NCBI RefSeq assembly: GCF_036321535.1
Contig: NC_087447.1
Span: 40,612,001 to 40,676,000, forward strand
Source: Camelus dromedarius
Lineage: Eukaryota
DNA: 64,000 nucleotides
Reading direction: 5' to 3'
The notes under the pieces were generated by a model that was not told the DNA's origin, searched no databases, and worked only from the letters and a program-made list of their open reading frames with translations. Of the stretch, positions 1-13,399 are shown in pieces. Each line of letters opens with the position of its first letter. Positions within the stretch are counted from its first letter, which is position 1. Position numbers and translations under genes: made by a program.

Positions 1-640
1 TGCAGTAATGTGGGGAGCCTGCACCTTGGGTGGTCCAGTCAGCACAAGGGCTCCCTCCTTTTAGGTTGCTACGAAAAAGCAGCACAGCCCTGCTCTTTAC
101 TGTGGGAAACTTTGTGGAACAGAACCACTCTGAAGGTCATGTTCCCTTGAATCTCTGCTATAAATGTTGATGTAGAACCCTCTTCGATTGCTGTGGTTCC
201 TCAGGGTTTTAGATGCGAAGCCTCCATGTTTCAATCCTGTAAGTCAGAGCACTCAGTAATCGGCTTTTTCAGTGCAATTCATGGCCACAGAATAGGGCTC
301 AAGTCATTGCCTAAAAGGCTAGTTCCAGCCTGGCTTCAGTGCCTACTGACCCACAAACACTGTTCCCTTTTTTAATAGGGTGGCAGGACAACCCATAAGT
401 TCTACCTGTCTTTACTCCCTTGGCAGCCTACTTGGGAATTCCTTTGCTATCACTGCTGCTGGGTTGTGAATAGGGGCATCTAAGCCTACCCCTTAGATAC
501 TCCTCTTTATAAGTCTTGAAGGGAATGGATTAATGGCATGGGTTTTTTCCCTCTTGGAAACTGTGTGCATGATGCAAATTTTCCCACTTTCTCTTCAGAG
601 GTTCCCACACCATAAACAAGTAAAAGGGTCCCCTTGTGTG

Positions 641-2106
641 TGTTTTTTTCTTTTTTTAAATGGAAGTACAGTCAGTTTACAATGTTGTGCCAATTTCTGG
701 TGTACAGCATGTTTCTGTCATACATATACATATATATATTCCTTTTCATATTCTTTTTCATTATAGGTTACTACAACATATTGAATATAGTTCCCTGTGC
801 TATACAGAAGAAACTTGTTGTTTATCTATTTTATATATAGTAGTTAGTAACAGCAAATCTCAGACTTCCAATTTATCCCTTCTGCCCCCATCCCTCCTGG
901 TAACCATAAGATTTTTTTTTTTTTAAGATTCCACATATGAGTGATATCATATGGTATTTTTCTGGCTTATATCAGTTAGAATGACAATCTCCAGGTCCAT
1001 CCATGTTGCTGCAAATGGCATGATTTTGTTCTTTTTTATGGCTGACTAGTATTCCATTGTATAAATATACCACAGCTTCTTTATCCAGTGATCTGTCGAT
1101 GGGCATTTAGGTTGTTTCCATGTCTTGGCTATTGTAAATAGTGCTGCTATGAACATCGGGGTGCATGTATCTTTTCAAATTTGAGTTCCCTCTCTATATA
1201 TGCCTAGGAGTTGGATTGCTGGATCATATGGTAAGTCTATTTTTAGTTTTTTGAGGAATCTTCATACTGTTTTCCATAATGGCTGCACCAAACTACATTC
1301 CCACCAGCAGTGTAAGAGGGTTCCTCTTTCTCCACAGCCTCTCCAGCATTTATTGTTTGTGCACTTTTGAATGATGGCCATTCTGACTGGTGTGAGGTGA
1401 TACATCATTATAGTTTTGATTTGCATTTATTGAGTATTTTTCCATGTGCCTATTGACCATTTGTATGTCTTCATTGGAGAATTGCTTATTTAGATCTTCT
1501 GCCCATTTTTGAATTGGGTTATTTGTTTTTTTGTTATTAAGTTGTGTGAACTGTTTATATGTCCTGGAAATTAAGCCCTTGTCAGTTGCATCATTTGTAA
1601 ATATTTTCTCCCATTCCATAGGTTGTCTTTTTGTTTTGATTATGGTTTCCTTTGCTGTGCAAAAGCTTATAGGTTTCATTACGTCCCATTTCTTTATTTT
1701 TGCTTTTATTTCTATTGCCTGGGTAGACTGTCCTAGGAGAATATTGCTAAGATTTATGTCAGAGAATGTTTTGCATATGTTTTCTTCTGGGAGGTTTATA
1801 GTGTCTTGTCTTATGTTTAAGCCTTTAAGCCATTTTGAGTTTATTTTTGTGTATGGTGTGAGGGAGTGTTCTAACATCATTGATTTACATGCAGCTGTCC
1901 AGTTTTCCTAACACCACTTGCTAAAGGGACTGTCTTTTCTCCATTGTATATTCTTACCTCTTTTGTTGAAGATTAATTGACCGTAAGTCTGTGGGTTTAT
2001 TTCCAGGCTCTCTATTCTGTTCCATTGATCCATATGTCTGTTTTTGTGCCAATACCACTCTGTTTTGGTTACTGTAGATCTGTAGTATTGTCTGAAGTCT
2101 GGGAGT
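641..2106 (-). mobile_element. 5'-truncated, relatively young LINE-1 (camelid-type): 3'UTR plus ORF2 C-terminus
   Basis: Poly-T tail at ~641-657. ORF-track peptides [18 protein letters not shown] and [17 protein letters not shown] are L1 ORF2 motifs. Stops and frameshifts present. Confidence 0.95.
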
Positions 2107-2929
2107 GTCCCACTTAATCTTGAACAAAACGTGGCTGCCCTAGTCCCAGTTTTATATACCTCCCTAGCTGAAGTGCTCTCAAGAGACCAGTAAAGCTCCT
2201 GGAAAGTAAGAATCACATCGGTCAGTTTGGGTCAGGTATTCATCGGTGGACCAATTAGCTCTCTCCAAGGCATGGTGCCACAAGCCCACTGTCCAATCAG
2301 TGGAGGCCTTGGGAGAAGTCTCTCTGGAAGTAGAGATAGCCAGGCAGGGAAAGTGATCTGCTAGGTTTCTATGGCTTTATTGTGTTTCCTCCTGGGAGAA
2401 GAGGGTTCAGCAAGTGCTCCAAGTTAACATGAGAAATATCACCACAACCTCCTGTGGCATCTGGGTCTGTCATGGCTGGGTCTGTCATCTGACCCCATGG
2501 GACAGAGACTACTGAAACTGAGCAGGATCCTGTGGAGCCCTGCAATTAACACTATACTTTCCTTCAACACAACCTAGTGTCAGTAAGGTGACTTTGCTGC
2601 ATGTCAGGCCAGCTATCAGGTAACACTACCAAGCTTTTGAGGGTGTGGAGGTTTTAGATCTAGAAATCCACAGAACTTTGATCAAGCACCAATGTTTTAA
2701 TGATACAGTGGTGAATAATTTCAATATGTGATTATTTTTAATTTGAACTCAGTAATTCAAAAGAGACATGAAACAGTAAGAATGAAATGAAGTCATTTGG
2801 ATTATGAGATTGAGGATTTGGAGGATAAGGTTGTAATAAAATTCTGTTTTCTTTTTATTTTGTGGCTTATCTAGGTCACCATAAAACCAATGCAATATAT
2901 TTTCTGTCCCTTCTCCCCATTTCTTGGGC

Positions 2930-3140
2930 AGAGCTGTGTCCCTCCCCTCTGCATTCCCACGGCATTTTGTTCATATCTAAATCTACCATTTATCACACTG
3001 CGTGAACTCTTTGCTGATTGGTCTGTTTTCCCCAGTTCGACCAGGCCCCTCTAGGGAAAATTTTGTATCGTGTTCCCTTTGTATTCTTAGCATGAACTGG
3101 ATTGAACACAGTAAAAATTCAATGAATATTTGTTGAATGA
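2930..3140 (+). mobile_element. L2 3' end fragment
   Basis: Ends in the L2 tail CAATGAATATTTGTTGAATGAA. Confidence 0.7.
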
Positions 3141-4162
3141 ACCAGACCCAGGACTTGGTGAGCCCAGATAAGCCTTGGATATCTGTGCAGCATCCAACTT
3201 GGAGAATTCCCTGCCTTTCTGCTTCTCACTATGTGGACTCCATCCACAGTCTGGGATCCTCTCATGGTTCCCTGCCTCCTTTCATACACTTTCTTTCAGA
3301 TTAGGGATCTTACCAAAATCCCAGCCCACTTGGCTGGGGCCTTAACCCTCTACCTAGCCTTCGTAGCCCTTTTCTTGGGAGGTAAGGCCCTGAATCATGT
3401 TCTTCCCAGCACTGCATGGATGCAGCCTGAATAGCCACATCTCTGGCCCCAGGATGCAGCACTGTACATGATGTGGCACAGCTACCCGTTCTATATGGGC
3501 TCCTCTGTTTCTTCTCCATGTTAGACTAGGCAGTGATCCCTATGCCCCCTTTTCTGTCCCTTAATCCAGTGTGGACTGTATTTAAATTCCCTAAACACCT
3601 TGGCTAGTGCAGCCCCTCCCTGTACCTCCACCTGATTTGGTATCACTCACTCTTCCCCATGCTATTGGCTGATCTTTGCTTTCCTCATTCTGTGCCCATC
3701 ATCAGCTCATGCAAACATCCTAGCACATAAGGATACTACCTTTCCTGGGTTACTGTGCAGAAGGCTCAGTGTGAACCCTTTCTGGTCTCTTTCAGAACTT
3801 TTTCTTGCATTGCTAGTAAGGAAGGAGGCATTTTCTTTCTGGGCTAGCTGGAGCACTCAGTGCTTCCTCAGCTGGATGGTTGCCATGGTCACCATGTCGA
3901 AGAGACCCTCCTAGTGCTATAGCTGGGATATGTTGACCCTCTATAAAACCAAAGCAAATTTGTGCTTGGCAGACTGACTTAGCAGGGAGCTCAGCCTTGC
4001 CTGGTTTCCTAAGGCAGGACAGGGGTGACCTAGGACTTTAAATAAAGCTCATCCATCAGAAAGGAAGCAGGAACTCCAGGAAGACTCAGCTTCTGTCACT
4101 TAAGGAAGCTTCAGTCTGGAAGGAAAGCAGGTGTCTGTGGGGACCACAGTGGTGGTGGTAAT

Positions 4163-4593
4163 TGAATTTGTTTCTAGGGTTGCTGTAACGAAGTAACGAA
4201 ATTTACTGTCTCATAGTCCTGGAAGCTAGAAATCCAAAGTCAATGTGTTGGCAGAGCCCTGCTCCCTCTAAAACCTTCAGGAGAGATTCTTCCTTGCCTC
4301 TTCATAGCTTCTGAGGGTGTGCCAGCAATCCTTGGTGTTCCTTGGCTTGCTACTGCTGCATTGCAATCCCTGCCTCTGCCATCACATGGCGTTCTTTCTT
4401 CATGCGTCTCTGTGTCTTCTCTGCTTACAAGGACACCAGTCGTACTGGATTAAAGGCCCCTCCTACTCCAGGATGAATGCCTCTTAACTAATTCCATCTG
4501 TAATGACCCTATTTTTAAATAAGGTCACATTCTGAGGGTACTGGGGTTAGGGCTTCAACGTATCTTTTGGGGAGGCACGATTCAATTCATAAC
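4163..4593 (-). mobile_element. MLT1C-like MaLR solo LTR
   Basis: Motifs AATAAGGTCACATTCTGAG, GGGGTTAGGGCTTCAACGTATCTTTTGGGG and terminal ATTCAATTCATAACA. Confidence 0.85.
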
Positions 4594-4945
4594 AGTAACG
4601 TTGTAGAGGGTGTCAGAATAAAATTGGGGATTTCATTAAGTGGGTGGGACTAATTAATGGAGAATTTAGGATGAACGTTAATCAGGAATCTTGGTAGGTT
4701 GCTGGATGGCTCAAGGGTAAAAGTGAGTTTTGGATTCTAATATAGTAACATTATGGCCAGGACAATGTCTCTTATGGACACTATGGGATACAGGAATGTC
4801 TGGATGCTTCTTCCCACTAGACCCTTAACCAAGGGAGGTACCCACAAGGACCAGAAGCCAAGTGGGAAATAAAACACCATCCTTAAAAACTAGGCAAGCA
4901 CCTGGACTTGAATGCCATTAGTGAAATATGGTGCATTGATTGTTC

Positions 4946-5017
4946 AGGTTCTGACTAACCGAGTTACAGCACCTTCTCCCTTATAGAGCACTAGGGATAT
5001 GAGAGGCAGAGAAGCAG
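4946..5017 (+). other. Sequence orthologous to the human MIR4299 locus (probably not a functional miRNA here)
   Basis: Ungapped hand alignment of about 51/72 nt to the hsa-mir-4299 precursor as recalled from memory. Same strand as GALNT18 and about 32 kb upstream, similar to the recalled human arrangement. Confidence 0.6.
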
Positions 5018-5609
5018 GGGAAGTCCCATGGTGGGAAGAATTGGCACGAGGCAGCTAGAAAGCAGTCAGCAGGACTCCAGCCACTCGTCTGAAGGTCTCC
5101 GTTTTACTGGAGCATGGATTTGGAGAAAGGTGTTCTAGTTGCTGGGAGCCCAGGGTACCATGTGAAGACTCAGTCCAGTCACATGACGGATGGGTATGTA
5201 GGAATTCCATACTTGTGAAATGGATCTGAATGTAGAAATCAGGGGAGACCAAAGGCTGAACCTCAGAAGCAGGACTGCAAGCTGGTTAGATCTCTCTTCT
5301 AGCCTCCAGTCAGAATTAATAGACACAAGAGTTGACCCAAATGCAAAGTGTGGTGGTTGTAGGGAGATGGTAGGAAAGGGAAGCACAGATATATAAACTA
5401 TAAACTGAGACAGAACCTGACTCTTCTTTCAACATGTCCCTTCTGTTGAGCATCCATTACTTGGTCCATAGTCTACCATTTGTCTGGTCCTTGCCTGACT
5501 GCCTGCAGCCATCATACTCACTTGGCAAAACTCAGAATCCACACGAACTCAGCCATCTACCTGCATGAATTTGAGAAACTGAATACTGCTGGAGAAAATC
5601 ATATAATCT

Positions 5610-5725
5610 TTATGATAAATATATAATACACAATAAATGTATAATATATAATAAATATATAATTATATTAATATAATTTAATATTTATTATACATGATAT
5701 ATATATTTTATATATATAAATAAAC
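5610..5725. repeat. AT-rich low-complexity tract
   Basis: Almost pure A/T degenerate (TA/TAA) sequence. Confidence 0.85.
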
Positions 5726-7064
5726 TTGCTATTCCACACTTTAGGGTAATCTTGCATACCTTCAACTTTCCTCTCAAATCTCCTACTTCATCCCTGTGCT
5801 CTTCACTCTGATCTAGTTATCCCACATCAGTTGTATCCAAGTGAAAAATTAGAGCCATTGGACAAGAACTCGCCTCTTCTACATCTACGTTCATCTGCAT
5901 CTTCCCTGTCTGCCCTCCAGAATGAAGGAGAAAGTGTGTTGCTTCCATCACAGCTCAGCTCCTCCTGAAGCTGGACCCTTAACGGGCTCTGGATGCCACC
6001 CTCTCTCACTTTCTCAAGTTTCACTCCTCCAGTTGTCTGCTTTGCCTCCTAAATTATCAACCTTCTCCTTTTTTGTTGGGGCTGTTCTTTTCAGCTCACA
6101 AACATGACTGACTCTCCTTTATGCCTAAAAGTTTTTCTTTGGTTCCCTTAGTCCTCTCCAACTACTGCCCATTTCTCTGCATCTCTTCATAGCTTAGTGT
6201 CTCAAAATAGTTGTTCATATACTTACCTCCACTGTTTCACCTTTGGTCACTCTTTAAAACCCTCAAATTGGGTCTCTTTTCTTATCATTTCACCAAAACT
6301 TCTTGTGTCAAGTTTACCAAGTTGTCAAGTTCAATGGACAGTTTGTTTTCTCATCTCAGCCTCTCAGTTGCATTAGACCTAGAGTGCTCTCTCCTTCATT
6401 TGACATTATACCATTGGTTTTCTTCCCACTTTCGGTATCTTTGACAATTTCCCTCAGTGTCTGCCACAGACCCCCCTCCAGTGTCTAATTGGTGTTTCCT
6501 AGGGCTTGTTCTCTCTCTACACTCTCTTCGTAAATGACCTATGTTCATGACCTAAGATGCCGATGATGACCAAATTTGTATCTCCATCTCAACCTCTCAT
6601 TTGAACTCCAGATGTGCACATCCAGCCGTCTACTCAAGTTTTCTACTTGGATATAGCATATGCATCTCAGCTGAAATATGCCCAGTACAGAGCCCTTGAC
6701 TGTCTCTCCCCTATACCTTCAGTCAAACCTGCCCCTTTCATAGTCTGCTAATCCATTTCAGTAAACAGCAAGACTATCCATTTGCTCAAGTCAAAAATAG
6801 AGGTGTTTTCCTTTATTTCTTCCTCTTCTAAAAAATAAACAAATTATACCATTTTTGCCTCCTAATACATCTTAAATCTATATACTGGCTTCCCTTATTG
6901 CTTGCTAGTCAAAGCCTTCAGCATCTTCTGGAGTGCTTCAATAACCCCTTTAATGGTCAACCTACTTGTTTTTTACAAAGGAACCAGAGGAATCTGTTAA
7001 GAACAAATCAAGTCACATTTCTCCCTTGCTTAACAACCCTTCTGCAACTTTCCTCTGCACTTTA

Positions 7065-7465
7065 AAATATGTAGCTATAATTTACATACGATAAAATATA
7101 CAGACCTTACATGGTCCATTCAGTGAGTTTTCATAATTATAAACACCCAAGGAGCCACCAACCAAAACGAGTTTGATCTTGTATGAATAGTTTACCCTTT
7201 TTTTACTTGTCTAGCGGCCTCCCATTGTGTAGACACACTGCATTTACTTACCCATGCTGTTATTGATGGACAACTGAATCGTTTCCAGTCTTAGGCCATT
7301 ATGAGCAATGCTGCTGTGAACGCTCACATGCAAGTCTTTACGTAGATGCATGTTTTCATTTCTCTTGGGTGGATGCTTAGTAGTGGAATTGCTGGGCTGT
7401 ATGGAAAAACTACGTTTAGCTTTTAAAGAAACTGCCAAACTGTTTTCCAAAGTGGCTATATTTTC
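7065..7465 (-). mobile_element. Old L1M (L1MC/ME-like) 3' fragment nested in L2
   Basis: ENSLAV... ORF2 C-terminal remnant and AGAAACTGCCAAACTGTTTTCCAAAGTGGCT motif. Confidence 0.8.
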
Positions 7466-9254
7466 ATTACATTTAAGATAAAATCAAAACTCCTTGGATA
7501 GCCCAAACTCTCTCTCCCACGTTATCTGACTCCATCCTTCACCTGCTCCACTTATTCCTCAAGCACGTGAACCTCTTCCCTCCCTCCAAGCCTCATCTGA
7601 GCTATTCCATCTATCTGATTCCAGTACCCTTCACTCCTTATCCTTCAGGCCTCAGGGAGCCTCTTCTACCCTCTAAGATACCCTTCTAGTGCAATTTCCT
7701 GTTAATTTTTTCATAGCACTAATTACTCATGACTAATGTTTTTTAAGTTTATTTACTTATTTTTTTCTCTCTCCTCCATGGGACTGTGTCCTCCTTGGAG
7801 GCAGAGTTAAGTCTGTTTTCTTCACCATTGTATACGCAGCTGGAATGTGCCTGGAATGCAGTATGTACTCAACAATAATTTGCAAAATGAATGAATACCT
7901 ATTGACTAGGTTTTAGATTGCCTTGGAAATGCAGGTCCCTGAATAGGGCAAGGATATTCCCCCAGGGCTGTTATCCAGTTTTAGAAATCAGTGTCAGAGA
8001 AAGAACACAAAATGTCTTTCTAGGAAATCTGAAAACATTTCAGATAAATGTGCCTATTCATTTATATAATTGCACAGAGCACTTCCCAAAAGCTCTCATT
8101 CTAAGTACTTCAGTAAAATAGGATAATGAGTCAGAGTGTTGAGAGGAGACAAACTGCCTTGGAACTTGAGGTCTTGGGAGAATCAGGGCCAACACCCTAA
8201 GCATGGCTTCTCTCTAAGGAGGGATGCTGATCCAAAGGTCCAGAGTGGGTCCGTCGTCAGAAGCTGGGACACCAGATTCAAGCCTAGGAGATGCCTTCTT
8301 AGGTTGAATGCAGATCCTTCACACCCAAGGCTAAGTGAAGTTAGCTTCTGTTGCCTGGGTTGCCAAATACATACAACTTCTTTAAAGATTTATGTTCATG
8401 ACTCTCATTCATAGATAGCCTTAGAATATGAGGATAAGTTTGAATATACACAGCCGAGGCAGAACTCATGATGTCTCTTGAAGAAAAGGCAGCCCAGAGG
8501 TTGGATCAGAGATGGAAAAAGAAAACAGCAATGGAGCAACTTATCAATAAAGAAATATTTTATTTGTTTCAAAGATAGCCTGCTTCAAAGTTAGCCGCTC
8601 TTTCCAAAAAGGAGGTTTTCTTCCAGTTATTCTGTATAAGCCAGGGGAGCAACTGGTCTCTCTGGAACCAAGCTATATCAGAGAAGAGTCTTAGGCTGAA
8701 AGCAATAGAAATGGACTCTGACTTCTTAAACAAGAAAAGGGGGGTTTTGGAAGGACAGCAAACATCCCTAGGACAGAAGAAAAAGCTGAACAACCAGACC
8801 CCTGAAAGGCCAGGAATCAAGGGAAGTGTCAGAGTTCTCAACGGCAGAAACCCACCAACCTTTCTTTAGGGAACTACCATCCAATGACTTAGATTCAAAA
8901 TCCTGCAGGGAGAACCAGACTGACCTAAATCATGAGTCATATGCCCGCTTTAGTGGGTGAGGGATGGGAGCCTGCAATTCATAGTCCCACCAGAGCTACA
9001 GGGAATAGAGAAAAAAACATTTTACAAAGGAATCGGTGTAGGGCAGACAAAACAAGCAATTCACTAATTCTGGTGGTGGTAGAGGTACCAGTAACCAGAT
9101 TAATGAATTCATTCATTATTAACCTTATCAGCATTTGTATAATTCAGTCATGTAACTACGAGCTGTGTTATATGGATGAAATAAAAAACATTGCTTATCC
9201 GTAAGGAAGTTACTAGGCAGTGTTAGGAGATAATTTAAAAGACATGAAATTGTT

Positions 9255-9730
9255 CAAGTTATGGCTCCTTTGGTTGCAAGAAAACAAAACTCATTCAAAG
9301 TTACTCCAGTAAAGAATAGTGTTTATTACAAGAAACAGAGCTCTCACAGAATCAAAGGACATGAAATCAAGTGCAGCTGAGCTTCAGGGGAGATTGAGAG
9401 GAATAGAAGCAGCTGTCTATCACCATTTTCCTCTCCCGGGTCACAAGCTTCTCTCTCCTCTTTGCTTCTTGTCAGCCCCATTTTCCTTTCTCTGCAGAAC
9501 AGCTTCCCCCTTTTACTCATCAACTTGCAAACAGTTGCCATTACTTTCAATTGATGGGAACTTCTCACCACTGTCAGCTTGTGTCTTATATCAAGTTCTC
9601 AAGATGGAATCTGTTCAGACCCACTCATCCCTTGGTGCAAGGTCACACAAAGTCAGATTCCTTGGCAGTGAGCATACTCACTACTTGTGGGTCAGGTGAC
9701 CATCACTAGTTCAGTTCGGCCCTAGCTGTG
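9255..9730 (-). mobile_element. Ancient MLT1 (K/L/N-like) LTR
   Basis: Starts with TTTGGTTGCAAG...AACTCATTCAAAGTTA and ends with GGGTCAGGTGACC, typical of old MLT1. Confidence 0.5.
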
Positions 9731-11802
9731 TCTGTGCATTTTTTGAGGTGGTGGGGCCAGACAGAAGGGAGTGTGTGTGTGAAGCTATAGATGGCGCAGA
9801 AAAATGTTTCTTTTACAACCATACAATTACAATGAGGAAGAGGGTTCATGACCGATGTCAATAGAGACAGCCCTATTGTATCCATGCTTCAGAAAAATCT
9901 AGCTGAGAGAGAAGGGGAGAGATGGAACGGAAGCTTGACGACTTGAAAGGACAGAGGGACAGTGTGTTGACACTCTACTGCTTTTGCTGGACAGACATCC
10001 CCTCCCTCTGCTTCTGACTCGCAGTAGTATTGTGTTTTACCTGTGGTGCTCACCACACCTTCCCACTGTTCTTTTAATCTGCAAAATTTCCTCTAAGCAC
10101 CTCTAATCTTTACATCTATCCCAGAAATCTTGGTATCTTGTAGCTTTATTTTTTATTTAGTTGAAAATATTGTCTAATTTCCCTTTTGATTTATTCATTG
10201 TCAAATGACTTATTTGTAAGCATGTTATTAATTTCCAAACATTCCAGACAGGTTTCTCCTGTTTAAAAGTGTTTTATCTGCATTAAGGTAGCCTCTCCAG
10301 CTTTCTTTTGATTAGTGCTTTCATGGTATATTTTTTTTTGCATTCTTTCACTTTTAACTTACTTGTGTCTGTATTTTTAAAGTGGGTTCTTATAGATAGC
10401 ACAAAACTGATCTTTGCTTTTTTATCCAGTCTAACAATCTCTGCTTTTATTTTCAGTGTTTGGATTACTTACATTTAGTATAATTATTGATGTGTTTGGG
10501 TTTAAATCTATCATATTGATATTTGTTTTCTATTTTCCTATCTGTTTTTCATTCCTTCTTTTTCTCTTTTCCTACATTCTTTTTATGATTCCATTTGATC
10601 TCTTTGTTGGCTTAGTAGCTGTATCTCTACCTCGTTTTGCTATTGGTTGCTCTCAAGTTTATAATATACGTCTTTAACTTATCGTGGTGTACTTTTAGTA
10701 CACTGCTTATTATACTGCTTCATGTGTAAAGTAAGAACCTTCTCTCATCTTGTACTATTGTTGCCATGCTTTACTTCTCTATATGTTATAAATCCTATAG
10801 TGTACCGGTATTATTTTTGTCTTCAACAGCCAGTTTATTTTAAAGAAGTTGAACAATGGAAAAATGTCTTTAATATTAGCCCGCATATATCTCTTGATTG
10901 CTTTAAGTAGATCCAGATTTCCATATAGTATTATGTTTCTTGTGCTTAAAGAATTTCCTTTAGCATATCTTATAGTGCAGCTCTGCTGGTAATGAATTTT
11001 CTCAGATGTTGTTTGTCTGAAAAAGTGTTTATTTCACTTTCATTTTTGAAAGATATTTTTACTGGGCATAAAACTCTAGTTCACAGCTTAACTGTCTTCT
11101 GGGTTGCACAGTCAACAAAATCTCCTGTCATTCTTATCTTTGTTTCTCTGTACATAATGTATTTTTATCTTTGGCTGCTTGTAAGAATTTCTTTTTATCA
11201 GTTGTTTCCTGTAATTTGATTATTATGTGGTCTGTTGCATTTTTTTTAATGTTTAATCTCCTTGGAGTCATTGAGCTTTTTTGGATCTATGGGTTTATAG
11301 TTTTTATCAAATTTGGAGAGTTTTCAGCCATTACTTCTTTAAATATTTTTCTGTCCTCCTCCCTCTTTACAGGACTCCAATTACACATTTGTTAAATCAC
11401 CTGTTATGGTCCCTGAGACATACTGAGACACCGATCAGTTTTTTCAATCATTTCACCCCCTGTGGTTTATTTTAGTTTCTATTGCTGTCTTTTTTCCTCT
11501 TACACTGTCTAATCTACTGTTAATCTCATCCAATTCATATATATATATATATAGCCACTTAAGATCTTGTGTTTTTTGTTGTTAGAAATTCCATTTGGAT
11601 CTTTTATATTATATACCTTCTAAAACTCTATCATGGTCTTATTTTCCTTTACCTTCCTGAACATTTAAGCAGTTTTAAATAGCCATTTCAATATGCTTGC
11701 TATTTCCATCACATCACTAATTTCAGGGTCTGTTGATATCAATTGATTATTCTCTGGAAATGGGTTATATTTTCCTGTTTCTCTTCATGTTTAGTAATTT
11801 TT

Positions 11803-12500
11803 TCTTTAGATTTAAAACTTTATTACTATAGTAATGTTTTATTATTAACAAAATGTCTTTCTTTTTTAAAACTTTTTTCTTGCTTTATTGAGGTATGGTT
11901 GGCAAATAAAAGTTATATAGGCATACCCCAAAGACATTGCAGGCTCAGTTCCAGACCATGACAAGAAAGCAAGTATCCCAGTAATGCGAGTCACATGAAT
12001 TTTTCGGTTCCCCAGTGCATATAAAAGTTATGTTTACACTATACTGTAGTTTGTTAAGTGTGCAATAGCATTATGTCTAAAAAAAGTACATACCTTAATT
12101 AAAAAATACTTCATTGCTTTAAAAATGCTAACCATTATTTGGCAATGCAGGATTGCCACAAATCTTCAATTAATAAAAAATGCAATATCTGCAAAGTGCA
12201 ATAAAGCGAAGAACAATAAAACAAGGTATGCCTGAATATGTTTAGGTTGTAGCAATACAGTTTCTTAAAAGTGTACAGTGTGATGATTTAACATATGTAT
12301 ACACTGTGAAGTGATGACCACAAGTTAATTAACACATCCATCATTTCATAGTTTACATTTTTTTGTGTGTGGTGAGAACACAAGGTCTACTCTCTCAGCA
12401 AGTTTCAAGTGTACAATACAGTCATATTAACTCTAATCACCATGCTGTACATTAGATCTTTAGACTGTATTTATCTTATACCTAAAAATTTGTATCTTTA
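11803..12500 (-). mobile_element. L1MA9-like 3'UTR fragment inserted in the older L1
   Basis: TTTATTGAGGTAT...CACCATGCTGTACATTAGATC motifs. Flanking near-duplication CATGTTTAGTAATTTTT / CATGTCTGGTAATTTTT. Confidence 0.75.
11918..12234 (-). mobile_element. Tigger1-derived MITE (Tigger1a_Art-like)
   Basis: TIRs TAGGCATACC ... GGTATGCCTG, TA on the left flank, and both Tigger1 ends joined across an internal deletion. Confidence 0.88.
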
Positions 12501-13399
12501 CATGTCTGGTAATTTTTAATTGGATGCCAGACACTGTTGGTTTTATGTTTTTGGCTACTAGATTTCATAGTATATTTTGAAAAAATAGCGTTGGTTTTAC
12601 TTGACTTGGCATGTAGTTACATTTCTTGGGATTAGTTAGATCTTTTTCTGGCTTGAAATTAAGCTTTGTTGGAGCAAATCCAGGGCAGCCTTTGTTGTTG
12701 GGTTAATTTAGGCAATACTGTCCAAAGACTCCAGATGATGTTATTTGTGTTATGAGGTCTTTCTCCTTTGGCTGGTGGCAGTCTGGGCTATTCTCAGCCC
12801 TGGGTGAGCTGTGAAAGCTGTTCAGTGTACTACCTTCTGGTGATTCTTTCACCAGCCACAGGCAGTTTCATCTTACGCACGTGCAGGTCAGTACCCAGCC
12901 AAAACTCAAAGGACCCTTTCTGCAGCTCTTTCAAGCTCTCTCTCTCTCTGAGCAACTCCCTTCTCTCTGGTACTCTTTCCTGCAAATTCTGGTCACTGGC
13001 ATTTCCGAACTCTGGTTTCCCTCTTCTTCAAGATTGTCAGGCTGTTTGGAATACGTGTCCTTGCATTCCAGCCTGGAAATAGCCTTCAGGCAGTACTCTA
13101 GGGCAATTATAGAACTTACCGCATTTGCTTCTTCTCACAGAGCTCATGGTCCTGTGCTGCCTTTTGTCCAATGTCTGAAAAATTGTTTTATATATTTTGT
13201 CTGGTTTTCTAATTGTGTAAGGCGAGATGGTAAATCCAACCCCTGGCACTCCATTATGCCCCAAAGTGAATGTTCCATGTCCCATGTTATTATGTATATG
13301 TTTTAAAACATATCTGAACTATATCTGAAAGGCTTATAACAAAAGACAACATTTCCCTGCCTGGTGCCATCCCATCTCAGCTGCACCTGGTAGAAATAA

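Larger units (their letters stand above)
5440..7897 (+). mobile_element. Long decayed L2 (L2a-like), interrupted by an AT-rich tract and an L1 fragment
   Basis: RT YADD-like remnant GAT GCC GAT GAT GAC CAA ATT at 6556, typical pyrimidine-rich L2 body, and TGAATGAAT tail at ~7890. Confidence 0.8.
10075..13275 (-). mobile_element. Ancient L1M 5' portion (5' end, ORF1, start of ORF2) with nested insertions
   Basis: T-rich antisense L1 motifs such as TTGTCTGAAAAAGTGTTTATTTCACTTTCATTTTTGAAAGATATTTT and TTCAGCCATTACTTCTTTAAATATTTTTCTG. Confidence 0.8.

Noticed and set aside
1350..2216. 176-aa and 102-aa ORFs
   Set aside because: Broken L1 ORF2 fragments of a 5'-truncated element, neither a host gene nor an active L1.
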